A stretch of 63,051 nt of DNA, counting the filler, from Stramenopiles sp. TOSAG23-6 (Eukaryota): NCBI GenBank assembly GCA_900128565.1. It is 9 parts of 9 records of this genome, joined end to end, with 100 filler letters (N's around TTAATTAATTAA, not from the genome) between each part and the next. Parts side by side here need not be neighbours in the genome. Positions count along the whole stretch, not along the records: positions 35,177 to 42,080 come from LT636631.1; positions 42,181 to 49,082 come from LT636632.1; positions 49,183 to 56,074 come from LT636633.1; 6 more parts are not named here. One strand, 5' to 3'. Positions 36,010 through 49,259 of the stretch are shown here, one piece after another (the stretch's first letter is position 1; every line of letters starts with the position of its first letter). Under the pieces are notes generated by a model. It worked only from the letters and a program-made list of their open reading frames with translations. It was not told the origin of the DNA and ran no database searches. The position numbers and the translations under genes were made by a program.

Positions 36010-36939
36010 TTATTCGTCATCAGAATCTTCTTGGTCATCTTTCCATGCTTTCCAAGCTTTTTTCTGTGAGACGTAGTTCTTGCGACCCATGAGTCCACGT
36101 TTCTTCTGCTTCTTGCACTTGCTGGTTTTCGTGAATTCTTTTCCAGAGACGAAAGAAGGATCCTTGCGGATAGAGTTGTGCACAGCTTCGTAGAGGTCTT
36201 CCAAATCATCAGCTTCAACTCCAGCAGCAATGAACTTGGAGAATTGACGTTGGTATGAACCATCTTCTTTTTCTTCGAGCTCACGCATGTATTCGGAAAC
36301 GTGTTCACCAAAAATACGTGCACGGTGATCTTCAGCAGAGTAATCCTTAGCTTCAGCATCGTATCCAGGGAAACGTTTGCAGGAGTGAGGAATATCAAGA
36401 CCAGCATCAGAAGCTCCCTTGAGAGCACCAAAAACACGAGCACCGTTAGTAGTTGCACGGGTACCGACATCAAGATTGCAACGGAATGGGCGACGTTCGG
36501 TTTCCCAGTCAAGATCTTCGACGTAGAGAGTACGGCGACCGTACTTGGAAGTGACAACTTCACCGTCACAGACGTTTCCAGCGTACATCTCATCCATACC
36601 GAGGGTGGTAAGGAGACGACGTCCGAGGAGGAGTCCAGTACAGTAAGCAGCGCAATAGTTCTTGAGACCTACAGTGAGGCCATGACGCTTGAGCTCATTG
36701 GAGTAAGCAGAGCAGAGAACCTTGTCACCAGTAAGTTCGGCGTAGATAACCTGGCAGATGACTGTCTTGTTGGTAAAGCGGACAACAAAACGGTAACGTG
36801 GGGATGCATACTTGTTCTTGGACTGAGCGACAAGACGTTTGCGAGCACGGTAGTCAGTTTTCCCTTCACGACGACGACGGTATTTCGTCTGGAAACGCTT
36901 GAAGTAAGCTTTGTTTTTGATTTCTTTTACAAAAGGCAT
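36010..36939 (-). CDS. RPL5: 60S ribosomal protein L5 (uL18)
   Basis: [30 protein letters not shown]; intronless, strong codon bias. Confidence 0.98.
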   Translation of the reverse strand: MPFVKEIKNKAYFKRFQTKYRRRREGKTDYRARKRLVAQSKNKYASPRYRFVVRFTNKTVICQVIYAELTGDKVLCSAYSNELKRHGLTVGLKNYCAAYCTGLLLGRRLLTTLGMDEMYAGNVCDGEVVTSKYGRRTLYVEDLDWETERRPFRCNLDVGTRATTNGARVFGALKGASDAGLDIPHSCKRFPGYDAEAKDYSAEDHRARIFGEHVSEYMRELEEKEDGSYQRQFSKFIAAGVEADDLEDLYEAVHNSIRKDPSFVSGKEFTKTSKCKKQKKRGLMGRKNYVSQKKAWKAWKDDQEDSDDE

Positions 36940-37221
36940 TGTTATTAAATTTGTTATAGGTTGGGTTAACACAAAGAAGCGGGACACGCACGAAGAAGCG
37001 GCCAAAGGTAAAATGAAATAAATCGAACGCGAACTGGCTAGAACGAGTAAAGCAGGTTTGTTCCTCCATTTTTTTTTTTGGAGTGATGTAACCGACAGCC
37101 CAGTTCATTACGCTAGATATATATATTATACAGAGTGACTTCTGGACATTTCTGCGAGAATTTCTCAATGTTATTCTGTGCATCCTAGCAATGTGCTCCC
37201 CGTTGACTCAGTGTTAATACA

Positions 37222-40124
37222 ATGAAGACATCACAGGCTACAATGCCAAATTTTGAAACAAAACAGATGTCAGCACAAGACGTTGTAGAAAAACAGCCAC
37301 CAACACAAATAGCAATCGAAAATGTTGTACAGAAACAACCAAAAGAATTAACACACAACTCTGTAGAGGCTACATGTGAAGCTTATTTTTCCCCGTGGGA
37401 TCCAACGGATTGGGTTCATATTGCTTGGGATATTCTAGTTGCGGTTGCTATTACGTATAATTTAGTTTTTTTTCCTCTGCGATTAGGATTCAATTTTGGG
37501 TCAGATAGCGTTTTTTTAAACGCTATAGACACAATCGCAGACCTGCTATTTATAATAGATATAATGGTAGGGTTTAATACTGCCGTAGAAATCACAGTGC
37601 GTGGCAAATCACGACTCATATTTGATAAGGAGGTTGTCATAAAGAAATATTTAGAAGGTTGGTTTTTTATTGACCTAGTATCGATAGGAATTCCATTTAA
37701 CTTGGTGCATTCTCCAGAACTGCAATTTTTGAGTTTGCTAAAAGTTCTTCGTCTTTTCAAACTGAACAAATTAGTGTCCGGTTTATGGTCTCCTTCACCG
37801 GAGGGTAAGAAAATGTTTACTCTAGGGAAATTAATGACAATTATTATTTTTGCAGGTCATTTAATTGGTTGCATTTATTGGTTAATAGGTTGCGAAGATT
37901 TTTACCCCCAGCCAGACTCCTGGATCGAAGCTGCAGGTTTAATTCAAAACTCATACACAACATTAATAGATAATTACATGCCTGGGTTTTATTTTGCTAC
38001 TATGACTCTGACATCTGTAGGATATGGAGACATTAGTGCAAGTACTACAAGTGAAATGGTTTTTGTATCAGTCATTATGCTTCTTGGAGCAGTTTTGTAT
38101 GCTCTAGTTTTAGGTATGACCACTTCTGTTCTTGGTGCACTTTTCGCAAGAGATCAAGCTTTAGTGGATAAATTAGAAGTTTTTACTCAATTTACGAATA
38201 CGTTTGCATTGGACTCTAAATTGCACAATGAAATCCAAGGAACTATGAAATTTCAATGGAAATTATCTCGAAGTTTCAATATGGAGAGAACCCTCGACGT
38301 TTTACCTCATTCTTTGAGAAATGTATGTTTTATGTTTTTTCAAATTCGAATTTTTTTTCGTACGAAATTTTGTACCTAACGATTTTTCTTTCAAATATTT
38401 TTCCAAAATACATAAAACATTATCCGAGTTACATACACCGCTGATGTGTAGAGTTCCATTCTTTGCTGCTTGTGATTCATCTTTCTTAACCGAAGTAGTA
38501 TCAAGACTAAAACAACATGTTTGTCTTAAAGGTAGTAAAATAATGGAAGCAGGAGAAATCGGTACTGATATGTATATACTTGGCGAAGGTGTGGCTAGCT
38601 TACAAGCATCAAAAAATTTTGAATTGCGTCGATTAATTACGGGTAGTTTATTTGGCGAAATTGAACTATTAGTTGAAAATTCTGAATCTAGACGTTTGTT
38701 TAATGCTGTTGCTCAGACACCATCAGAATTTTATTCAATTTCTCAACGGCATTTTGTGTATATTTTAAGCAATTTCCCAGACATTAACAAATCAATCAAG
38801 GATTTAGCTCTACAACGAGTTCGAAGTTTCACACGAAAACTTTCAATGTATTTTTATCGACAATCTGGTTCAATAAATAAACCAAATATACAAGAAAGAA
38901 AACGATATCCATGGGGTGATACGTTACTTATTCGATTAATTTGTGCACGATCATTGAAGGCGATGGATTCAGGTGGTGCAAGTGACCCTTATGCAACCGT
39001 CACAATAGGAGAAGCGAAAAGTATCACTGGAACGAGGTTAGGTGTCACTGAGTCTACACAAGTGCAATTTGATACTCTAAACCCAACCTGGAATGCAACT
39101 TTTGGTATAGAAATTACTAAGGAACATTTTCCTGCATCTTTATTTGATAACCCTAGTAGTGAAGGATTGACCATTACAGTGTATGATAAAGATCAATTTG
39201 ACTCAGATGATGCCATTGGTGTTTGTGTTATTCCTTGGGATCGAATTTTACCTAATGGTAAAAAGAAAAGGTCATCTCTCAGAGTCAAGAAATGGGAGAA
39301 ACTGAGACGTCCTAATGTAACTTCAATAACAGAAGATTTGATGCATCCTTTGGGTTCAATATTTAGAAAAATTACACATAATAGTAATACTAGCAATACA
39401 GCAAAGATAGTACCTGAACAATTAATTACACAAAGTAATAACTCGTCAGCAATAATACCTGAACAAACGAAAACTATAGAAAATAAAGAATGTAATGATT
39501 CAAATAGAAATAAAGAAGAAAAAGATTTGAATTATCAAAATACGTATCCTAAGCACCAACTAGTTCATGAAGATACTCATAACATGTGTGAACACCTTGA
39601 AGATTCATCTAGCGACGACGATTCGACTGAAAGTTTAGGAAGTATTTGTTACTCCGTAAGTTGGAAACAAAATGAAATATCAATGGGACATGTATGTTTA
39701 ATTTTTTTTCAAATTCGAATGTTTTTTTCGTACGAAATTCTGTACCTAACGATTTTTTTTCAAATAATTTTTCAAAATACATTTACTAGCTAGAACACGA
39801 GAGAAAGAACGACAATTATGTATGAGTATTCCAAGTGAACGTGTTAAGCAGCAATTTAAGTCTGCCTGTCAAATTCAGTATAGTTGGCGAAAAATGTGGG
39901 CAATAAAAAAGAAAGGTAAAATTCAAGAAGAATTAAAAACAAACTCTTTACCAGAAAACAAACTCTCACAAGTAAATGAATTTGGGCGAAGATCGAGACT
40001 TTTATTAGAAATGCGGCGAGTAAATAAAACAGAGCAGAATGTTTCATTGCTACTTGAAAGAATTAGACAATTGAAACAAAATATAAGAAAACATAAGGTA
40101 CTTACATCCTTTGACGCACATTAG
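37222..40124 (+). CDS. Cyclic-nucleotide-binding voltage-gated K+ channel (EAG/CNG-like) with C2 domain and IQ motif; GT-AT introns 38323-38413, 39692-39782
   Basis: S4 LLKVLRLFKL, filter TSVGYGD, CNBD FGEIELL, C2 DSGGASDPY..YDKDQFDSDD, IQYSWR. Confidence 0.9.
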
Positions 40125-40241
40125 ATTAATATAATAAATGAAAAAATAATTTTACAAAAAATCGTGTCGCTTTATAATAGATATGCAACTACATAAAATA
40201 TTGTTTTTTCTTCATTCAAAACAAATGTATAGAAAGAAACA

Positions 40242-42080
40242 TCAATTGATACCATGCTTTTCTTGTTGTTCTTGTTGATGTATTTCCAAAATAAACTTTG
40301 CACATTCTTCTTGAGTAAGTCTGTGCAAATCACTGACCTTGTGCTGATGAGCAACACCATAATGTTGATCAGCTACATATATTGTAAGAAATATTTTTTT
40401 GGAAAAATTGTTAGGTACGAAAAGTAGTATGAAAAAATAAATTCGAAATTCAAAAAAAAGAACGCACCTCAACTTGCTCTTGCCAAAATGTAGACGTAAT
40501 AAATTGTACAGCACTATCTTCAGAATGAGCTTGACGTTGAATAAGAGCAGCAACAGAAGCTCGATGAGTTGAATCAAGTGCTTGGTCAATTTCATCAAAC
40601 AAGTAGAATGGTGCAGGATCACATCTCTGAATAGCAAATATAAGTGTCAAAGCAACAAGAGCTTTTTGACCACCAGAAAGTTGCTCCATTAGCACGGGCT
40701 CCCCAGCACCAGTAAAAGACACTTTCACACTGATCCCATTTATTCTTTTAACTTTTCCTGTAGCATCTTTATCGTCTTCGTCTGAATCACTTTCCTCGTC
40801 TGAATCGACTTCAGTGTTGCCTATATCTGAAGCATTTTCCTTAGATTTGCCTTTGCCTTTGCCTTTATCCTTCTTACTCTTCTTTTTCTTTTCTTTTGTT
40901 AAAACGATGCAACCATTTCCAGCTGGAACCAGCTCCTTAAAAACATTTGAAAAATGTTTTGCAACATCAGTAAATGTACGCATAATTGCCTCATCTTTTC
41001 GTGCATCTAATACTTTAAGAAGATCTTCAATAGAACGATGACCTTCGTCTAATTCAGTTTTTCGAGCCAACAATTGTTCACGTTGCTCTGAAAAGTTTAC
41101 ATACTGGTCAAGTGCTTTTTTGTTAACATGAGAATACTTTTTAAGAGCTTTACCTTTTTGTGCGAGTAATTTCATTAATTTTTTTCGATTAAAAGTACGA
41201 TATGACTGCAATTCACTTTCAGGAAGAGAACCCAATTCACTGATTTTCGCCTTTGAAGAATCTCTTTTTTCAATTAAAAGACTTCTTTTATTTGTTCTTT
41301 TTTCCATTTGTTTAGCTTGCTCTGCCAAAGACGCTTCCCGTTCTTGCTTCGTTGCAGTAACTTCCTCTTGGATGCCTTGTAGCGTTGAAATACGCTTACT
41401 TAATACTCTTTTTTCTTCTTTCAATTTATTAAGTTGCTCATTACAATCACTAGAAGACTTTTGTAAGACTTTTAGTTGCCTTCGTTTAGATGACAATACA
41501 CGAACTCTTTCTTCCATATCCATCGTTGAAGAACCTCCAATACCAGCTGTTAATTGTTGTGAAATCTCAAGATGTCGACGTTCAAGATTCGTCGATAATG
41601 ACATTTCTAATGCCGATTTTTGACTTCTGCATCGATCTAACTCAGCTTCGGCATCACTCGCTTTTCGTCCAACTTTTTTTAATTCTGCTGTCAAAAGACG
41701 TAACTTAGATTGCTCAGCTTTAGATAATTGTTTTAGTAGAGGAGTACCAATCTCTGCGCTTAGACTATCACATTTATCGGATAAGACTTTCGCAGACGAT
41801 TCTAAATCTAAAGCTTGGTTTTCTTTTAAAGTTCGCGATGCCGACCAATTTTTTATATTCTTATCAGAATGATCCCTTTCAGTTTCACATTGTTGTAATT
41901 CAGCACGCATGTGTTGCCGTTTCATTGCAGCCTGTTGCATTTGGCCCATAAGGACAGTCACTCTTTGATCTGCTTTACGTGATAGTTCTGAAACTTTTCG
42001 TAATTCTTCTCGAATTTCATTTAATTCAATCGAAGCAGCAGCAACTTGAGCCTTTGCAGCCATCTTTGAAAAGCGCGAAT
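40242..42080 (-). CDS. SMC3: Cohesin subunit SMC3, C-terminal part; GT-AT intron 40377-40467
   Basis: YSHVNKKALDQY, LSGGQKALVAL, DPAPFYLFDEIDQALD, QVE|VADQHYGV. Confidence 0.96.
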
Positions 42081-45000
42081 NNNNNNNNNNNNNNNNNNNN
42101 NNNNNNNNNNNNNNNNNNNNNNNNTTAATTAATTAANNNNNNNNNNNNNNNNNNNNNNNNNNNNNNNNNNNNNNNNNNNNTTTCATCGACTTATCTGTTA
42201 TGATGTTAGTGTCTGAAGAAACATTTTCTTTTTCTGTGGACTTTGTTTGAGTTTTTAAAGAGTCTGTTGAATGAATGTTGGATGATTCTAATGCTTCATC
42301 CACTTTCATTAGGGTTAGGGTTTCATCCACTTTCATGTCGTTACCATTCATTTTATGGGGCACTTTATCTTTGGCTTTTGTTTCTTTTTCATTTTGTAAT
42401 GACCCATCTTTATCTTCATCGTTTGTAACTTCCATCGTTCCTATCTCATTTTTGTTATTTACATTATTTGTAGATGAAACAGAAGCCAGACGTTCTTCAG
42501 AGTTTAACGTTGCATTCGATTCTATGGTAATGATACTAGCTTTACCTCCTTTAGCTGCCTTCTTTGCTTTTGAACGATTTGCAATTACTTTGATTCTATT
42601 TCGATATTCTTTTGCCTTCGAGTGCCACTTTCGCATTTCGTGTTTTGCTTCTTCCAGTGCCGTTTTTAATGAAAGAATTTGTTGTTTTTGTACAATTAAA
42701 TCATTTTTTAGAGATATTACTGTACTACTACAAGTTTCACTAGAACTAGATGATTGAACACTTTTGACACGTTTCATTTTCAGAGTCAAACTGACTACCT
42801 TTTGGTCTGATATTTGAAGTTTTTGTTCGAGCTTTGCAACAGTACTCTCTGCTTCATGCCTTTCCTTCATAGCATGGGCTTTAAATAATAACAAAGTTTG
42901 CTTTTCTTCTCTTAGTTGATCGACTTCATCTTCCATGTATTTTGGAAAAATATTTCAAAAAAAAATTAAAATTTGTTAGGTACAAAATTTTTATAAAAAA
43001 ATAAATTCGATTTTTTTGTTAAAAAAAAAAATAAAACATACATCATTCTCATACTATCTGCATAACCTTGAGACGTTACTCCACCTAATCCAGCTTGACT
43101 CCCCCCACCAGAGATACCACCACCAAGACGTTGTTGCATTTGAAGTTTTTTCAAACGACGTAAAGTTTTTTTATGATTATTCGTCTCTATGTATTGTGGA
43201 AAAATATATTTTGTTTAGTAAAAAAAAACGTTAGGTACAAAATTTTGTATGCAAAATAAAAAAAATGAAATTGGTAAAAAATTCATGATGAAAACATTCA
43301 ATTCTAATGCTGCATCGAGTTCAACTTCACGCATGGATGGACCTGTTGATACAACGGTGTTTGCAATTTGCTTACGAACTCGAGCATTTTCACGTTGTAA
43401 TTTTCTATTTTGTTGGTGTTTCGCAGCTGATTTAAGAGTCAACTCTTGAATATCCTTAATTTTCATCACTAGCTTTTTATTCTGTTTCACACTTTTTTCT
43501 TCCAGTTGTTTGATTTGTGCTTTCCGTAACTCATTTTGTTCCTTTTCAGCAGCTAAAGAGTCAGATAATTTTTGGCATGTAGAATTTGCATTTTGTAATT
43601 TTTCATTCTTTTCTTTTGTTGCTAGTGTCCATTTTGCTTTGGCAGCATTGAAAGTTTCAAATGCAGTAGTAGCTTCATGTTTAGCTTCATCACGACAGCG
43701 TTTTAATTCAGCAGAAGCAATAGCGGATGCTTCTGAACTTTCTATATCATGATCTATCTGAGTCCTGATGACATGATCACGATAATCTGAAAGGAACATC
43801 GAGTTGCGTTCATTTAAAAGATCTCTTTCTGCATACATTTTGGCGATTTGATTTTTGCTGCTTTCTTTCTCTTCAAATAATTCCTTCTCAAGTCGATCAT
43901 TGTCAGCCTGTCGTCCAGATTTCTCACATTTTAACATATAAGTAGTTTTTGTCAAAGATTCTTGAAGACTCTCAGCTCGTTCATACTCTGTATGATATTT
44001 GGTTTCAAACATATTCTTCAACCGCGAAGCGTCATCTAATTGACCTTCTAATTCTTCTGCTCGCTCTGCGGATTCTGCACTTAATTGAGTCCGCAAATTT
44101 TCATTTTCATTTGTCAGTCTTTGGAGCCTTTCAGACACCTCAGGGTTTAATTCAGTACATCCTTCCCCTATTCCATTTGAATGAGAAAGAAGTGAAGCAT
44201 CTGCCTGAATTCCCAATTGTTGAACTGCATTTTCTAGACCTTTTTGAACATCTACAGCAACTAATCGATCTTTATGTAAAGCATCACACACTGTTGTGAG
44301 TTTTGCTGCTTTATGCTTATTTCGTAAAGCTTCTGCTCTTACTTCGCTTAATTCAACTTCTTGAGAAGTGACTCTTTGCTTATATTCAGATAGTCTTGTT
44401 TTCAATGAAGGAATCGTTTTTACTTGAGCTTCAAGTGCAATATTTTCAGAAACTAGAGATTGAATTTGTTCTTCTAACTTCTTAGTATGTCTTTTGAGAT
44501 CCATTGCATGTATTTTGGAAAAATATTTCAAAAAAAAAAATAAAATTTGTTAGGTACAAAATTTCGTACGAAAAAAAAATTCATACAAAAAAAAAAAAAA
44601 ACACATACATTAAGCCAGTAGGAGGAGATGATCGTTTTTTACTCTTTGATTTTTTCTTTTTCACTTTTCTCAATTTCATATTTTGCATTTCCATCATAAA
44701 TTGATCACAAATATCATTAGGTATGAAATTTCGTAAGAAAACAAATTACACACAAACTTCAAAAATTACAAAAATTACAAAAAAAAAAAAAAAAAAAAAA
44801 AAATTGGGCCTTTTGTTAAAAAAAAAATGTGGGTTTTTTTTTTTTTTTTTTTTTTTNNNNNNNNNNNNNNNNNNNNNNNNNNNNNNNNNNNNNNNNNNNN
44901 NNNNNNNNNNNNNNNNNNNNNNNNNNNNNNNNNNNNNNNNNNNNNNNNNNNNNNNNNNNNNNNNNNNNNNNNNNNNNTTTTTTCAATTTCATTTTCTGCA

Positions 45001-45554
45001 TTTCGGCCCTTGAATTTAAAAAAAAAAAAAATAAACAATTGTTAGTTAGTAACACATTAAAAAAAAAAAAAATGAAAAAAAAAAAAAATTGAAATTATTT
45101 TGAAAAAAAAAAAAAAATTGAAAAAAAAAAAATTTTTTGAAAAAAAAAAAAAATTGAAATTATTTTGAGATGAATAATAAAATTGTACATCATCGATGAC
45201 ATTCCTCCACCACCACTTTTTTGACCACGTGTATTTTTTTTATTTTTTTTCTTTCTTTGTTTTGTCTTTTTCAGTGTAACGCCATTTTGAATTGAACCCA
45301 GTAAATTTTGTGGCATGCCAAAAGATTTTTTTTGGATTTTTTTTTGTGTATTTTTTTTTGTGTTTTTCGTGTTTTTATTAAAACTTTGTAACGAAGTGTT
45401 TAAAACACATTCAATATCTTTTGTACTAAACCCTTCCCCTTTCATTCTCATTTTAATAACAACACCAGGAGCACCTGTATTTTTCATATCAAACCATTTT
45501 TGTAATTTTGGGTCATGAGGATCTATTGCTTTAGAGAATATGTTTTTTAGGAAA

Positions 45555-45585
<31 letters not shown>

Positions 45586-45677
45586 GGGAAAAATTTTTCT
45601 ATTAAAAAAAAAATAAAAAAAAAAAAAAAAATTTTTTTTTTTTTTTTTATTTTTTTTTTAATAGAAAAATTTTTCCC

Positions 45678-45708
<31 letters not shown>

Positions 45709-45723
45709 TTTCCTAAAAAACAT

Positions 45724-46654
45724 ATTCTCTAAAGCAATAGATCCTCATGACCCAAAATTACAAAAATGGTTTGATATGAAAAATACAGGTGCTCCTGGTG
45801 TTGTTATTAAAATGAGAATGAAAGGGGAAGGGTTTAGTACAAAAGATATTGAATGTGTTTTAAACACTTCGTTACAAAGTTTTAATAAAAACACGAAAAA
45901 CACAAAAAAAAATACACAAAAAAAAATCCAAAAAAAATCTTTTGGCATGCCACAAAATTTACTGGGTTCAATTCAAAATGGCGTTACACTGAAAAAGACA
46001 AAACAAAGAAAGAAAAAAAATAAAAAAAATACACGTGGTCAAAAAAGTGGTGGTGGAGGAATGTCATCGATGATGTACAATTTTATTATTCATCTCAAAA
46101 TAATTTCAATTTTTTTTTTTTTTCAAAAAATTTTTTTTTTTTCAATTTTTTTTTTTTTTTCAAAATAATTTCAATTTTTTTTTTTTTTCATTTTTTTTTT
46201 TTTTAATGTGTTACTAACTAACAATTGTTTATTTTTTTTTTTTTTAAATTCAAGGGCCGAAATGCAGAAAATGAAATTGAAAAAANNNNNNNNNNNNNNN
46301 NNNNNNNNNNNNNNNNNNNNNNNNNNNNNNNNNNNNNNNNNNNNNNNNNNNNNNNNNNNNNNNNNNNNNNNNNNNNNNNNNNNNNNNNNNNNNNNNNNNN
46401 NNNNNNAAAAAAAAAAAAAAAAAAAAAAACCCACATTTTTTTTTTAACAAAAGGCCCAATTTTTTTTTTTTTTTTTTTTTTTTTGTAATTTTTGTAATTT
46501 TTGAAGTTTGTGTGTAATTTGTTTTCTTACGAAATTTCATACCTAATGATATTTGTGATCAATTTATGATGGAAATGCAAAATATGAAATTGAGAAAAGT
46601 GAAAAAGAAAAAATCAAAGAGTAAAAAACGATCATCTCCTCCTACTGGCTTAAT
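45724..46654 (+). CDS. Fragment of an actin regulator with WH2-like motifs (mirror copy on - strand at 44609-45539)
   Basis: DPKLQKWFDMKNTGAP..KMRMKGEG, LLGSIQNGVTLKKT, MMAEMQKMKLKK, MMEMQNMKLRKV. Confidence 0.55.
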
Positions 46655-46755
46655 GTATGTGTTTTTTTTTTTTTTTGTATGAATTTTTTTTTCGTACGAA
46701 ATTTTGTACCTAACAAATTTTATTTTTTTTTTTGAAATATTTTTCCAAAATACAT

Positions 46756-49082
46756 GCAATGGATCTCAAAAGACATACTAAGAAGTTAGAAGAACAAATT
46801 CAATCTCTAGTTTCTGAAAATATTGCACTTGAAGCTCAAGTAAAAACGATTCCTTCATTGAAAACAAGACTATCTGAATATAAGCAAAGAGTCACTTCTC
46901 AAGAAGTTGAATTAAGCGAAGTAAGAGCAGAAGCTTTACGAAATAAGCATAAAGCAGCAAAACTCACAACAGTGTGTGATGCTTTACATAAAGATCGATT
47001 AGTTGCTGTAGATGTTCAAAAAGGTCTAGAAAATGCAGTTCAACAATTGGGAATTCAGGCAGATGCTTCACTTCTTTCTCATTCAAATGGAATAGGGGAA
47101 GGATGTACTGAATTAAACCCTGAGGTGTCTGAAAGGCTCCAAAGACTGACAAATGAAAATGAAAATTTGCGGACTCAATTAAGTGCAGAATCCGCAGAGC
47201 GAGCAGAAGAATTAGAAGGTCAATTAGATGACGCTTCGCGGTTGAAGAATATGTTTGAAACCAAATATCATACAGAGTATGAACGAGCTGAGAGTCTTCA
47301 AGAATCTTTGACAAAAACTACTTATATGTTAAAATGTGAGAAATCTGGACGACAGGCTGACAATGATCGACTTGAGAAGGAATTATTTGAAGAGAAAGAA
47401 AGCAGCAAAAATCAAATCGCCAAAATGTATGCAGAAAGAGATCTTTTAAATGAACGCAACTCGATGTTCCTTTCAGATTATCGTGATCATGTCATCAGGA
47501 CTCAGATAGATCATGATATAGAAAGTTCAGAAGCATCCGCTATTGCTTCTGCTGAATTAAAACGCTGTCGTGATGAAGCTAAACATGAAGCTACTACTGC
47601 ATTTGAAACTTTCAATGCTGCCAAAGCAAAATGGACACTAGCAACAAAAGAAAAGAATGAAAAATTACAAAATGCAAATTCTACATGCCAAAAATTATCT
47701 GACTCTTTAGCTGCTGAAAAGGAACAAAATGAGTTACGGAAAGCACAAATCAAACAACTGGAAGAAAAAAGTGTGAAACAGAATAAAAAGCTAGTGATGA
47801 AAATTAAGGATATTCAAGAGTTGACTCTTAAATCAGCTGCGAAACACCAACAAAATAGAAAATTACAACGTGAAAATGCTCGAGTTCGTAAGCAAATTGC
47901 AAACACCGTTGTATCAACAGGTCCATCCATGCGTGAAGTTGAACTCGATGCAGCATTAGAATTGAATGTTTTCATCATGAATTTTTTACCAATTTCATTT
48001 TTTTTATTTTGCATACAAAATTTTGTACCTAACGTTTTTTTTTACTAAACAAAATATATTTTTCCACAATACATAGAGACGAATAATCATAAAAAAACTT
48101 TACGTCGTTTGAAAAAACTTCAAATGCAACAACGTCTTGGTGGTGGTATCTCTGGTGGGGGGAGTCAAGCTGGATTAGGTGGAGTAACGTCTCAAGGTTA
48201 TGCAGATAGTATGAGAATGATGTATGTTTTATTTTTTTTTTTAACAAAAAAATCGAATTTATTTTTTTATAAAAATTTTGTACCTAACAAATTTTAATTT
48301 TTTTTTGAAATATTTTTCCAAAATACATGGAAGATGAAGTCGATCAACTAAGAGAAGAAAAGCAAACTTTGTTATTATTTAAAGCCCATGCTATGAAGGA
48401 AAGGCATGAAGCAGAGAGTACTGTTGCAAAGCTCGAACAAAAACTTCAAATATCAGACCAAAAGGTAGTCAGTTTGACTCTGAAAATGAAACGTGTCAAA
48501 AGTGTTCAATCATCTAGTTCTAGTGAAACTTGTAGTAGTACAGTAATATCTCTAAAAAATGATTTAATTGTACAAAAACAACAAATTCTTTCATTAAAAA
48601 CGGCACTGGAAGAAGCAAAACACGAAATGCGAAAGTGGCACTCGAAGGCAAAAGAATATCGAAATAGAATCAAAGTAATTGCAAATCGTTCAAAAGCAAA
48701 GAAGGCAGCTAAAGGAGGTAAAGCTAGTATCATTACCATAGAATCGAATGCAACGTTAAACTCTGAAGAACGTCTGGCTTCTGTTTCATCTACAAATAAT
48801 GTAAATAACAAAAATGAGATAGGAACGATGGAAGTTACAAACGATGAAGATAAAGATGGGTCATTACAAAATGAAAAAGAAACAAAAGCCAAAGATAAAG
48901 TGCCCCATAAAATGAATGGTAACGACATGAAAGTGGATGAAACCCTAACCCTAATGAAAGTGGATGAAGCATTAGAATCATCCAACATTCATTCAACAGA
49001 CTCTTTAAAAACTCAAACAAAGTCCACAGAAAAAGAAAATGTTTCTTCAGACACTAACATCATAACAGATAAGTCGATGAAA
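46756..49082 (+). CDS. HOOK-like long coiled-coil protein fragment; introns 47964-48074 (GA-AT), 48222-48328 (GT-AT); mirror copy on - strand at 42181-44507
   Basis: ELNPEVSERLQRLTNENENLR resembles the HOOK motif; exons join in frame. Confidence 0.65.
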
Positions 49083-49259
49083 NNNNNNNNNNNNNNNNNN
49101 NNNNNNNNNNNNNNNNNNNNNNNNNNTTAATTAATTAANNNNNNNNNNNNNNNNNNNNNNNNNNNNNNNNNNNNNNNNNNNNGAATTTATTTTTTCGTAC
49201 GAAATTTTGTACCTAACATTTTTTTTAGATTTTTTTTGAAATATTTTTCTAAAATACAT

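Larger units (their letters stand above)
42181..49082. repeat. Whole-contig perfect inverted duplication centred at 45631/45632 (likely assembly or amplification artifact)
   Basis: Every ORF and the internal N gap mirror at x'=91263-x. Confidence 0.95.

Noticed and set aside
36301-36948. 215-aa antisense ORF over RPL5
   Set aside because: Shadow ORF from strong codon bias in RPL5.
44723-46540. Many Phe/Lys-rich short ORFs in the ORF track
   Set aside because: Translations of intronic T/A runs and N gaps.
42181-49082. 6.9-kb perfect palindrome as a biological inverted duplication or hairpin end
   Set aside because: It spans exactly one contig, mirrors even the N gap and is centred in low-quality poly-A/T; typical of an assembly or amplification fold-back artifact.
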